This document shows positions 8,355-17,440 of a DNA stretch of 64,000 bases, one piece after another (positions within the stretch are counted from its first letter, which is position 1; each line of letters begins with the position of its first letter). The position numbers and the translations under genes are program-made. The notes beneath the pieces were generated by a model, which did no database searches, was not told the DNA's origin, and worked only from the letters and a program-made list of their open reading frames with translations. The stretch is from an uncultured Anaerolineae bacterium (GTDB lineage Bacteria; Chloroflexota; Anaerolineae; Aggregatilineales; UBA3940), in contig CAZRXG010000001.1 in NCBI GenBank assembly GCA_964603985.1, positions 10,178 to 74,177 on the forward strand. Direction: 5' to 3'.

Positions 8355-9371
8355 ATGGCATGGCAAGATCAACTAAGAGGGAATGCGCTCCAGTGGCTGT
8401 TAGAGGCCGATATGCCCGGCGTGCGTTACCTGGCCCTGCGTGACCTGTTGGACTATTCACCGGATGATCAGGAGCTGCGTGCTGCCCAATTGGCAGCGCA
8501 TACTGAGGGCCCCATTGCAACCATATTGGCCCAGATGGACGAGACAGGGTATTGGGTCGAACCCGGTCCGGGCTACAATCCCAAGTATCGGGCCACCGTT
8601 TGGTCAATCATAATGCTGGCTCAGTTAGGCGCGTCGGCAGTGCAGGATGAGCGGATTGCTCGTGCTTGCGCCTATGTGTTGGATCATGCGCTTACGGCGA
8701 ATGGGCAGTTTACGGCATCTGGCACCCCGTCTGGTACCGCAGATTGCCTGCAAGGTAACCTGTGCGCAGCTCTGCTCGATTTGGGATATGGCGATTCCCG
8801 CCTGGAAGCCGCTTTCGAATGGATGGCTCGCAGCGTGACTGGCGAAGGGGTGGCCCCGGTAGGAGAGCGGCAGGCGGAAATACGCTATTACGCGGGCAAG
8901 TGTGGCCCGGTGTTTGCTTGTGGCTCCAACAATAAGCTGCCCTGTGCCTGGGGAGCGGTCAAAGTGATGCTGGCCTTCAGCAAATGGCCCGTGGAACGCC
9001 GTACACCGGTGATCGAGCGCGCGATACAGCAGGGAGTGGAATTTCTGTTCAGCACAGATCCCGCAACCGCCGGTTATCCTACAGGATGGAGTGATAAACC
9101 AAGCGGCAACTGGTGGAAGTTTGGTTTTCCGGTGTTCTATGTCACCGACCTGTTGCAAAATGTTGAAGCCCTGGTTGCGCTGGGCTATGGCGATGATCCG
9201 CGACTGACAAACGCACTCACCATCATCCGTGAAAAACAAGATGCTCAGGGACGTTGGCCTTTGGAATATGATTACTCCGGCAAAACCTGGATCGACCTGG
9301 GTGTCAAGAAACAGCCCAACAAGTGGGTGACGTATAGGGCACTGCGGGTGTTAAAGGCGCTTGGCAGCTAG
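8355..9371 (+). CDS. Hypothetical protein, possibly a prenyltransferase/terpene-cyclase-like alpha/alpha-toroid repeat protein
   Basis: The ATG at 8355 is preceded by GGAG (8343-8346). The track start at 8340 is a TTG. Sequence style (QWLLEAD..., GYWV, repeated W/G/Y-rich helical hairpins, GRWPLEYDYSG) resembles the squalene-cyclase/prenyltransferase repeat fold. The function is not established. Confidence 0.4.
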   Translation: MAWQDQLRGNALQWLLEADMPGVRYLALRDLLDYSPDDQELRAAQLAAHTEGPIATILAQMDETGYWVEPGPGYNPKYRATVWSIIMLAQLGASAVQDERIARACAYVLDHALTANGQFTASGTPSGTADCLQGNLCAALLDLGYGDSRLEAAFEWMARSVTGEGVAPVGERQAEIRYYAGKCGPVFACGSNNKLPCAWGAVKVMLAFSKWPVERRTPVIERAIQQGVEFLFSTDPATAGYPTGWSDKPSGNWWKFGFPVFYVTDLLQNVEALVALGYGDDPRLTNALTIIREKQDAQGRWPLEYDYSGKTWIDLGVKKQPNKWVTYRALRVLKALGS

Positions 9372-9540
9372 GGGATGTTTAGAAGGACAACAGGCTCGGT
9401 GATTTGACATTGATCAGTCTGACTGAGAAGTGTTGACCGGCTGATCGTTGCCCTCTCCGAGCACAAGCCGGCTCATCCAGCGCTCGTAGACGCTCCGTAA
9501 GGGCTATATTTGTATGGTGACATACATGGAGGGAGATCGG

Positions 9541-10839
9541 ATGAGCGAACTTGGCGATGATCATGCTCCACCAAACATCAATAGCAGGTTCCGAAGTGGA
9601 GCCATTCAAGAGAAGCCGTTGAGGTGCCTTAGATTCCTGGCAGCCTTGCCGACTTGCATGGCTGTGCTTGTTATACTGGCTTCAGCCCTTACTGCCTGCG
9701 GTGAGGGGGTCGTGGTGTCCTCAAGCGAAGCAGCACCCACTATCACGGCTGCGCGCTCGCCATCGGCTCCTTCGACACCGACGGTGAAGCCTGAATCGAG
9801 TCCGGTTCCAACACGGCCCCCGACTTCGACGGTTGAAGCAGGTTCTGTTCTGGCAAGCCAGACACCAAGTCAGACATTAGCGCCAACGCCAGGCAATTGC
9901 GGCAGCGGGTTCCTCGTATTCTTAGCATGTGACGATACACTGGGTGGCGAGGCACAGACGGAGATATACCTTGCCTGTGCAGATGGGTCATTCGTCCAGA
10001 GGGTTGTATCCGTTCCGTACTCTGCAAGTTTCATGTCCGTTTCTCCTGATGGCCAGGAGATTGCACTCTCCTCAAACTACATTGTTCGTTGGTCTGGGGG
10101 CATCTACCTCACCGACCTGTTCGGCGGTAGTCTGACTGAACTCTACTCAGAGAGGAGGAGCGAGATCTGGGAGGTTGACTGGTCCTCTGATGCGGAATAC
10201 ATTGCATACCTCAAGACGAAGTCAACATATGCAGAGTACGTATGGCATATAGAAGTCATGCATTTGGACACTCAGACCATCTCTCAATTCGTAAGCCCGG
10301 AGGACATTGCAGCCGACTTTGAATGGGTTTTGGATACGCGAGAAATCTCAATCGCCGACTTTGACTGGTCCCCAGATGGGCAGAGGGTCGTGTTTACCGC
10401 CTGGATCATAGGTACAACCCAGACCTATGCCGTCTATGTTTCGGACGTTGAGTGTGACCAGTCCACGTATAAGTGTTCTGCTCGTAACCCACGCATGATA
10501 AGCGATGTAATCTATAATCCATCCTGGTCGCCTGATTCCTCACTGATCGTGAGCAGGACAACCGATCCAGAAACCAATACTCACGACTTCCTGCGTTTCT
10601 CAAACCTCGACGGTCAGGTGGTCCAGGAGATCGATCTTGACGCACTCCTGCCCGGTATTGAAGATGTGCACGATCCCGTCTGGTCCCCTGATGGGCGGCA
10701 GATCGCTTTCCTGGCAGAGCCTGACGAATCCGCTTCTGCATATGACGTGTTCGTGTTAACGCTGGATGATCTGTCACTGATTAACCTGACCTCCGATAGC
10801 AGGCATCAAGGTGGTGTTGAGTGGCTACCATTACCATAG
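9541..10839 (+). CDS. Secreted/lipoprotein with PD40/TolB-like beta-propeller repeats
   Basis: The ATG at 9541 is preceded by GGAGGGAG (9528-9535). There is a hydrophobic segment ending in LTAC (lipobox-like) and an S/T/P-rich linker. Repeats include SPDGQEIALS, WSPDGQRVVFTA, WSPDSSLIVS and WSPDGRQIAFLA. Confidence 0.7.
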   Translation: MSELGDDHAPPNINSRFRSGAIQEKPLRCLRFLAALPTCMAVLVILASALTACGEGVVVSSSEAAPTITAARSPSAPSTPTVKPESSPVPTRPPTSTVEAGSVLASQTPSQTLAPTPGNCGSGFLVFLACDDTLGGEAQTEIYLACADGSFVQRVVSVPYSASFMSVSPDGQEIALSSNYIVRWSGGIYLTDLFGGSLTELYSERRSEIWEVDWSSDAEYIAYLKTKSTYAEYVWHIEVMHLDTQTISQFVSPEDIAADFEWVLDTREISIADFDWSPDGQRVVFTAWIIGTTQTYAVYVSDVECDQSTYKCSARNPRMISDVIYNPSWSPDSSLIVSRTTDPETNTHDFLRFSNLDGQVVQEIDLDALLPGIEDVHDPVWSPDGRQIAFLAEPDESASAYDVFVLTLDDLSLINLTSDSRHQGGVEWLPLP

Positions 10840-10984
10840 TAGTCGTGTGTCTCAAGTCGCGCGCCGGTGGGGGTGAGGGCCGCCGGGGAGCAACCCTACC
10901 CCCCTCCCCGGCACAGCGCTGCTGTGCCACCCCTCCCCCACGCTGCGCGGATGGTCAACCTGCTGTTCTTGCCTCAGAAAAGTT

Positions 10985-12202
10985 TCAGGGAAGCAGCTCC
11001 CAGGACACCAGCGTTTCGAATACCACCTCGGCAGCCAGACGATGTCCCTCGACATTCCAGTGCGGATCGAGATCGTAGAACAAGGGGACACCCGCCTCAC
11101 GGAAGGGTTGCATCAAGTCTATTGTCGGGATCTGGAGGTCGTCCAGCATTTGCTTAACACGCTTGTCAGCAATGTCCTCTTCAATACATAGTTGATCCGG
11201 GTTTTCTGCCCGGTTTAGTACAACCTGCATTTGCTGAGGCTCAACCTCGATGTTGGCAGGAACAGTAAATACAACCAGTCTCGCGCCGGCTTGTATGACA
11301 GCCTGGTTCAGGCGAGAAAAGCTTTCCTCGGTAACTTCCCAGGCTTCCTCGTATTCATGGGTTGGATGACAGAGATAAGCACCTCGTGCCCCACCGGTCT
11401 CTGCTAAATTGTCTAATGACCGCTCAATCACATATGCGCGGTATACTCCATACAGCGCCGTTTCTTGCCAGATTGGATTGTTATACGCCTCAGCATAAGC
11501 GCGCTCGTAGTCAGGTCTTATTTCCTGCCACCCCCCGTTCTTCGCAACCAAATAGGGGCGGCTAAAAAAGTGGGGATCATTATCACCCCAAAAAGCATGG
11601 GAAATGGCATATGAGTTGTTATGCACATCGTTGTCGGCGTAGAAGGCTAACAGCACCAGATCCGGATCGTATTTAATCCCTTCCTCTATAAATGCCAGAT
11701 ATTCTTGATAAGTGCCGTAACCTGAAACCCCCAGGTTGATCACCTCAACCTCTTGATAGCCGGACTGGTGTGCGAGTCGTTCCAGTTGACGGGCCATCGA
11801 ATCTTCCAGTTCCACCTGATATGCTTCCATGAAAGAATCGCCCAGCAGGACAATTCGGTATACACCCTTGGGTTTGTCATAACTGTGTTCTACATCGCGC
11901 CAACCGTGTGAATTCACATTCACCTCGACGCGATATTCGGGGCGTTTACGGACCACCGATGCGTTGGGTTCCAGCCGCCACCCAAGTACTGGGTCGGGGA
12001 TGACATGTTTTTTTACCAGATTGGGTGGTGGGTACCAGATACGCAGTCCAATTTCAATCAGGGCGAGCATTGTGATGATTCCAATAAGGAGAAGTAGAAC
12101 ATTCTGACTAATGCGCTTTAAAGACATGGTTCCCTTGCCCCGGCGGGTCTTGCGCCGGGCGGTGTCGGTAGTTTTCTGGGCGGAGTCCCTTTCCTTGCCC
12201 AC
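10985..12202 (-). CDS. Membrane-anchored SGNH/AlgJ-AlgX-like (DHHW-type) hydrolase or O-acyltransferase
   Basis: The GTG start at 12202 has AAGGAGAG about 5 nt upstream. There is an N-terminal TM segment (NVLLLLIGIITMLALIEIG), a block I motif RIVLLGDSFMEAY, and a C-terminal DPHWNVEGHRLAAE that resembles the D-x-H-W motif of AlgJ/AlgX/DltD-type enzymes. Confidence 0.65.
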   Translation of the reverse strand: MGKERDSAQKTTDTARRKTRRGKGTMSLKRISQNVLLLLIGIITMLALIEIGLRIWYPPPNLVKKHVIPDPVLGWRLEPNASVVRKRPEYRVEVNVNSHGWRDVEHSYDKPKGVYRIVLLGDSFMEAYQVELEDSMARQLERLAHQSGYQEVEVINLGVSGYGTYQEYLAFIEEGIKYDPDLVLLAFYADNDVHNNSYAISHAFWGDNDPHFFSRPYLVAKNGGWQEIRPDYERAYAEAYNNPIWQETALYGVYRAYVIERSLDNLAETGGARGAYLCHPTHEYEEAWEVTEESFSRLNQAVIQAGARLVVFTVPANIEVEPQQMQVVLNRAENPDQLCIEEDIADKRVKQMLDDLQIPTIDLMQPFREAGVPLFYDLDPHWNVEGHRLAAEVVFETLVSWELLP

Positions 12203-12410
12203 TGGTCTCTCCTTGTTCTGGCTATGGGTGAGAAAATCTCCACAAGTTTACACTACGTTTTATCCGAGAGGTACTGAACCGCAATATTTTACCGACCTGA
12301 GAGCCGTCGGGCGGAATTTGGCGCATCTACATGTGAGAATGTACTGCGCGTCTTGGGAAGAGTGTAGTATCTGGCCCATCGCGGGCAGGCATTGCAGCTC
12401 TTCTGCGGAC

Positions 12411-12435
12411 GCTCGCTGGCAGGATTCGAACCTAC
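12411..12435 (-). other. tRNA 3'-end-like remnant (T arm plus acceptor 3' strand only); not a functional tRNA
   Basis: The reverse strand reads GTAGG-TTCGAAT-CCTGC-CAGCGAG-C, a well-formed T stem-loop plus 7-nt acceptor strand. The upstream sequence provides no matching 5' acceptor strand, D arm or anticodon arm. The fragment abuts direct-repeat copy 1. Confidence 0.4.
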
Positions 12436-12671
12436 GGCCAACCGGAGGAACGTCAGCCATATCAGTGATGGGTGACACTGGATTTACAGCCTGATCACTG
12501 GCATCCTAAATATACAACAGAGCGCCCAGGCGAGTCACCCGGACATCAACTGCCGCTTTGATCCCGCCTCCAGAAAAACCGTGTACAATGAGACAGGGCG
12601 ACGGCAATACACTGCACGGTGGTTTCTCCCCATCCAAGGCAGGGAAGCGAGTTCACAAACGCTTTCCACAA
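12431..12671. repeat. 241-bp direct repeat, copy 1
   Basis: 12431-12603 is identical to 15341-15513 (173/173). 12604-12671 versus 15514-15581 has 9 mismatches in 68 nt. The offset is 2910 bp. The repeat contains a -10-like TACAAT (12585-12590) and a conserved hairpin GGGAAGCG-N10-CGCTTTCC. Confidence 0.95.
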
Positions 12672-12793
12672 TGGTTGTGAGCATGACAGGGCCCTGGCGA
12701 GCGAGCTGGTATTCCTCCAATTACGTCAGCTTTGCTTCTGCTCACAACCGGACTACACTACGGCGAAAGTCGAGTGGATATGAGGATGTGAAG

Positions 12794-15187
12794 ATGCAGG
12801 GGCTCAAGCTGCTGCTTGTCGTCAGTGTTCTTCTCGCATACGCCTCGGTAGCTGGATGCGTGCCAGGAACAGCCCCATCTCCTACTGCTACGCCGGAACC
12901 ACCTGCTCCGACGGCAGTGGCACCTGGACCTGGGCAGACCATTGTCGTCAGCAGCACAGATGATGACGGCCCTGAAACATTGCGCCAGGCCCTGTTGGAC
13001 GCGCGGCCCGGCGATACCATCACCTTCGACCCTGCCGACTTTCCGCCCGATAATCCGGTTTCGATTGCCGTGACCAGCGAGTTACCCCAACTCACTCAGG
13101 GCCATGTGACGATTGATGCCAGCAACGCAGGCGTCATCCTGGACGGCAGCGAGGCGGGGGGAGAGTGGACACCCGGCCTGCGGATCACGTCGGAAGGCAA
13201 CACCGTGCGAGGTTTGCAGATCGTCCACTTTTCAGGTGCAGGTATAGTTCTAGAAAGCGGTGCGACCCATAACACGATTGGCGGCGACAGAGAAGTCGGC
13301 GCCGGCCCGCTGGGACAGGGTAACCTTAGCGGCGCGAACTCCGACGGCGTGGCCCTGTTCGGCGCATCGGACAACACCATCCTTGGGAATCTGATAGGAA
13401 CAGATGCCTCCGGCGTGAGCCCGCTGCCCAATCGCGGTCCCGGGGTAGTCCTGATGGACGGCGCTCAGGGGAACGTGATTGGCCCGCACAACCTCCTTGC
13501 CTTCAACGGCGATGTCGGCATTGACATCCGTACTTCGGACTCGACCGGCAACACGATCACTCAGAACAGCATTCACGACAGCAGGCTAGAAGCCATCAGG
13601 TTGCAGGCAGGGGGTGGCTTTGTCCCAACCCCGCCTATCATCGTCGAATTTGACCTGGGTACCGGCAGCGTGGTGGGTACCTCCTGTCCGTCTTGCGTGG
13701 TCGAGGTGTTTTCGGATGACGGGCATGATGGGGAGTTCTTCGAGGGGACCGCAACAGCCGACCAAAATGGGACGTTCGCACTCAGCACGGGATCGCCGCT
13801 CAGGGGGCCAGGTCTGACCGCCACCGCCACCGGCCCGGACGGCTCGACCGGTACCTTCTCAGCGCCCACGTCGGGTGAGCGTCAAGTCGTGGCATTTCAA
13901 GAGGGGAACATCCACCCCATAACCTACCTGCAGACCGCGCGCCCCGTAGAGCTCGCCCCTAATCTTATCGGGGATATGTTCCCACTGGACCGGCATCCAC
14001 TAACCTGTCAGCGGGCAGAGGAAGATTGGGCCTTTACACACGTGGACAATCTGGGCCTGAAATGGGTCCGGCTGTCTCTTGACCACATTGAGTTGGAAGC
14101 CGCCTGGAGCACAGGATACTATTCCCAGTTAGAGGTCAATTCGTGCCAGGATGAGATAGTCTCCTTGCTGGCCGATAACGGCGTTACCATCTTGTATACG
14201 CTCGTCTATTGGGATGAGGAGCTTCACGCTGAAAACTACCCCGACTATAGGCAAGAAGAAGAGGTACAGCGCTTTCTTGACTACACACGCTTGATCGTGA
14301 GCCATTTCAAAGGCCGCATCCAATACTATGAGATACTGAACGAGGCATACTTTTACGTGGACCTGGCCGACTACATCGACCTCATCAAGAGAGTGGTGCC
14401 GGTCATACACGAGGAAGACCCGGAGGCCAGAATCGTGGTAGGTGGGGCTTCCGATCTGCTCGCCCAGTATAATGTTGACTACCTGTTTGGCCTGTTGGAG
14501 TCAGACGTTATGCCGCTTGTGGATGGGATTGCGCTGCATCCCATGTACGGCAGTTCCCCGGATTATGACAACCTGAGGCAGTATTACTACGACTACCCGG
14601 CGTTTATTCGAAGCATCCAGGATACCGCGTCTGCAAACGGCTTCAGCGGAGAGTACTTTGCCGAGGAGATGTGCTGGCGCATGGCGTTCAATGTCAGCCC
14701 GTACGAGCCGCAGGTCTACTCCGAGACGGTAGCCGCCAAGTATTACGCACGCGGGATCGTGATCAACCGGGGGCTGGGTTTATACGCGGGTATCGGTGGA
14801 GAAAACTACGACACGGTCCCGGAAATCGTCTGGGTGGTCCAGAGCCTGACTGCCACCATGGCAGGCGCTGAGCCGACAGAAGGCCCGCCCATGCAGATTG
14901 AAAGTGAGGCCCCCAACATCCGAAGCTACTGGTTCTCGCTCAGCGACGGTGATCTCCTGCTCGCCCTGTGGACAGACGGTGTTGCAGTTGACGATGATCC
15001 CGGCATAGCATCGACCGTGACGATTCCAGACTTCACCGTTCAGGAAGTTACAGGCATTGACATCCTGCACGGCTTGAGGCAGCAAATCGTTACACTGCAC
15101 GAGGCTGGGGACCTCGTCATTCGTGACCTGCTGGTCAAAGACTACCCGGTATTCCTGCGGCTTAGCGGCATGCCTGTTTCGCCCTAG
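12794..15187 (+). CDS. Lipoprotein with an N-terminal right-handed beta-helix domain and a C-terminal clan GH-A-like (TIM-barrel) glycoside hydrolase domain
   Basis: The ATG at 12794 is preceded by GAGGA and gives MQGLKLLLVVSVLLAYASVAGC (signal plus lipobox). Beta-helix repeats include NTVRGLQIVH, NTIGG, NTILGNLIG, GNVIG and NTITQNSIH. Later YYEILNEAY supplies the Asn-Glu acid/base motif typical of clan GH-A. The track start at 12581 lies inside the repeat. Confidence 0.65.
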   Translation: MQGLKLLLVVSVLLAYASVAGCVPGTAPSPTATPEPPAPTAVAPGPGQTIVVSSTDDDGPETLRQALLDARPGDTITFDPADFPPDNPVSIAVTSELPQLTQGHVTIDASNAGVILDGSEAGGEWTPGLRITSEGNTVRGLQIVHFSGAGIVLESGATHNTIGGDREVGAGPLGQGNLSGANSDGVALFGASDNTILGNLIGTDASGVSPLPNRGPGVVLMDGAQGNVIGPHNLLAFNGDVGIDIRTSDSTGNTITQNSIHDSRLEAIRLQAGGGFVPTPPIIVEFDLGTGSVVGTSCPSCVVEVFSDDGHDGEFFEGTATADQNGTFALSTGSPLRGPGLTATATGPDGSTGTFSAPTSGERQVVAFQEGNIHPITYLQTARPVELAPNLIGDMFPLDRHPLTCQRAEEDWAFTHVDNLGLKWVRLSLDHIELEAAWSTGYYSQLEVNSCQDEIVSLLADNGVTILYTLVYWDEELHAENYPDYRQEEEVQRFLDYTRLIVSHFKGRIQYYEILNEAYFYVDLADYIDLIKRVVPVIHEEDPEARIVVGGASDLLAQYNVDYLFGLLESDVMPLVDGIALHPMYGSSPDYDNLRQYYYDYPAFIRSIQDTASANGFSGEYFAEEMCWRMAFNVSPYEPQVYSETVAAKYYARGIVINRGLGLYAGIGGENYDTVPEIVWVVQSLTATMAGAEPTEGPPMQIESEAPNIRSYWFSLSDGDLLLALWTDGVAVDDDPGIASTVTIPDFTVQEVTGIDILHGLRQQIVTLHEAGDLVIRDLLVKDYPVFLRLSGMPVSP

Positions 15188-15340
15188 AACCAGCAGCATA
15201 GCGGCAATTGGGTTCAACTTGACCGTACTTTGAATCCTGCCTCGATGGAGGGTCTTTTCAGGCCACCGGGCTGGCAGCGGACAGCACCCTGCTTCTTGGC
15301 TTGCCTGCCTTAATCGGCGAACTCCGGGAGGTAGATACCT

Positions 15341-15581
15341 CCTACGGCCAACCGGAGGAACGTCAGCCATATCAGTGATGGGTGACACTGGATTTACAGC
15401 CTGATCACTGGCATCCTAAATATACAACAGAGCGCCCAGGCGAGTCACCCGGACATCAACTGCCGCTTTGATCCCGCCTCCAGAAAAACCGTGTACAATG
15501 AGACAGGGCGACGTTGATACACTGCGCGATGGCTTTTCCCCATCCAAGGCAGGGAAGCGAATTCATAAACGCTTTCCACAA
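15341..15581. repeat. 241-bp direct repeat, copy 2 (immediately upstream of sdhA)
   Basis: See copy 1. This copy ends 45 nt before the sdhA ATG (RBS GGAAGGAG). Confidence 0.95.
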
Positions 15582-15625
15582 AGCGCCTGACGGGCTATTC
15601 CTCTAAGTACCCGGGAAGGAGTGAC

Positions 15626-17419
15626 ATGTCAACCGAAACACTTACTCACGATGTCATCATTATTGGCGCCGGACTGGCGGGCACCTGGGCGGCCATGACC
15701 GCCAGTAAGGAAGGCGTTGAAGACGTGGCCGTCATATCCAAGATCCACCCGCTGCGCTCACACAGCAGTGCGGCCCAGGGGGGCATCGCGGCGGCACTGA
15801 ACAACATACGTCCGGTGGCCGACACCGGCCCGCGCGGCCCGCTGGAGCAGATCCCGCCGGGCGATGACCCGGTCGATAGCTGGGAGCTGCACATGTTCGA
15901 CACCGTCAAGGGGTCGGACTGGCTGGGTGACCAGGACGCCATCGAGATCATGGTCAAGGATGCGATTGAGATCGTCTTTGAATACGAGCACATGGGATGT
16001 GTGTTCAGCCGGACGCCCGATGGGCGTATCGCCCAGAGGCGCTTTGGCGGGCACAGTGCCCCGCGTGCGAACTACGCAGCCGACTGGACCGGTCACGTGC
16101 TGCTGCACACCATTCACGAGCAGGCGCTGAGACACGGCGTCAGGTTCTACAGTGAGTGGTACGCCATGGACCTGATCGTCGAGGACAACATCTGCCGTGG
16201 TATCGTGGCGATGGACATCCTGACCGGTGAGATCCACACCATGCGGGCCAAGGCGGTGATGTTCGCCACCGGTGGCTACGGGCGGGCCTTCAGGATCACG
16301 TCGAATGCCTTCGCCAACACCGGCGACGGCGTGGCAATTGCCTACAGTGCCGGTGTCCCGTTGATGGACATGGAGTTCGTTCAGTTCCACCCGACGGGCG
16401 TGTACAAGCATGGCATTCTGATGAGCGAAGCCTGCCGGGGTGAGGGTGGATATCTGGTCAACAACCTGGGCGAGCGCTTCATGGAGAATTACGCGCCCGA
16501 CCGGATGGAGCTGGCCCCGCGTGACTTGGTCAGCCGCTCAGAGCAGACGGAGATCGATGAGGGGCGGGGCATCGGGGCGGACGGAGAGGGCATCTACCTG
16601 GACATGCGACACCTGGGCCGTGACAAGATCCTGGCACGCGTCCCCCAGGTGCGCGAGATCGGCCTGAAGTTCGCCGGGGTTGACATCATCGACGACCCGG
16701 CGCCCATCCAGCCGACGGCCCATTACAGCATGGGCGGTATCCCCGCCAACGCCAGCGGCCAGGTGATCGCCGACGCGGAGGGCACGCCCGTCACCGGCCT
16801 CTTTGCAGCGGGCGAGTGCTCGTGCATCTCGGTGCACGGGGCGAACCGCCTGGGCACCAACAGCCTGCTCGACGCGTCGGTGTTTGGCCGCCGGACGGGC
16901 CGCGCGATGGCGGAGTTTATCAAGGGCGGGGCCGAGCTGCATCCCGTGAGCGGCGACCCGGCGGGGCGCAACCGCGAGCACATCGAGCGCATGATGGGCA
17001 ATGGCGGCAGCGAGTCGGTGGAGCAGATCGCTCAGGAGCTGAAGTCGGCCATGACCGCCAATTGTGGCATCTTCCGAGATGACGGGAAGCTGCAAATTGC
17101 GCTGAAGGACGTCCGGCAGCTACAGGAGCGCTTCCAGAGTGCCACGATCATGGACAAGGACAGCCGCTTTAACACCGACGTGCTGGCGGCGCTGGAGACC
17201 GAACACCTGCTGACCTTCAGCGAGGTGATCGTGGTTGGGGCGTTGGCCCGCACCGAGAGCCGGGGCGCGCACTGGCGCACCGACCACCCCACACGCGACG
17301 ACGAAAACTGGCTCAAGCACACGCTGGCCCACAGGGACAAGGACGGCAAGCCCGTTCTGAACTACAAAGACGTGACCATCGACTGGGACAGGTACCCACC
17401 CCAGGAGCGGAAATACTAA
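15626..17419 (+). CDS. sdhA: Succinate dehydrogenase/fumarate reductase flavoprotein subunit
   Basis: The FAD fold begins [28 protein letters not shown] contains the His used for covalent FAD. HPTG, the RGEGG region and the C-terminal [12 protein letters not shown] are all typical of SdhA/FrdA. Confidence 0.93.
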   Translation: MSTETLTHDVIIIGAGLAGTWAAMTASKEGVEDVAVISKIHPLRSHSSAAQGGIAAALNNIRPVADTGPRGPLEQIPPGDDPVDSWELHMFDTVKGSDWLGDQDAIEIMVKDAIEIVFEYEHMGCVFSRTPDGRIAQRRFGGHSAPRANYAADWTGHVLLHTIHEQALRHGVRFYSEWYAMDLIVEDNICRGIVAMDILTGEIHTMRAKAVMFATGGYGRAFRITSNAFANTGDGVAIAYSAGVPLMDMEFVQFHPTGVYKHGILMSEACRGEGGYLVNNLGERFMENYAPDRMELAPRDLVSRSEQTEIDEGRGIGADGEGIYLDMRHLGRDKILARVPQVREIGLKFAGVDIIDDPAPIQPTAHYSMGGIPANASGQVIADAEGTPVTGLFAAGECSCISVHGANRLGTNSLLDASVFGRRTGRAMAEFIKGGAELHPVSGDPAGRNREHIERMMGNGGSESVEQIAQELKSAMTANCGIFRDDGKLQIALKDVRQLQERFQSATIMDKDSRFNTDVLAALETEHLLTFSEVIVVGALARTESRGAHWRTDHPTRDDENWLKHTLAHRDKDGKPVLNYKDVTIDWDRYPPQERKY

Positions 17420-17440
17420 GGCTCGGAGGAGACATGCACC

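Noticed and set aside
12411-12500. A possible tRNA gene on the reverse strand, suggested by GGTTCGAATCC and the tell-tale QDSNLRP artefact in ORF 12111-12494.
   Set aside because: Only the T arm and the 3' acceptor strand are present. There is no complementary 5' acceptor strand (CTCGCTG). The candidate anticodon arm does not pair and would have G at position 33. I report it only as a remnant.
12260-12793. ORFs generated by the direct repeat. These are 12260-12478 and 14780-15388, both starting MSPITDMADVPPVGRR, plus the 71-codon N-terminal extension of the GH gene from 12581.
   Set aside because: The shared peptide simply reflects the duplicated non-coding DNA. The GH protein has a proper SD, signal peptide and lipobox at 12794.
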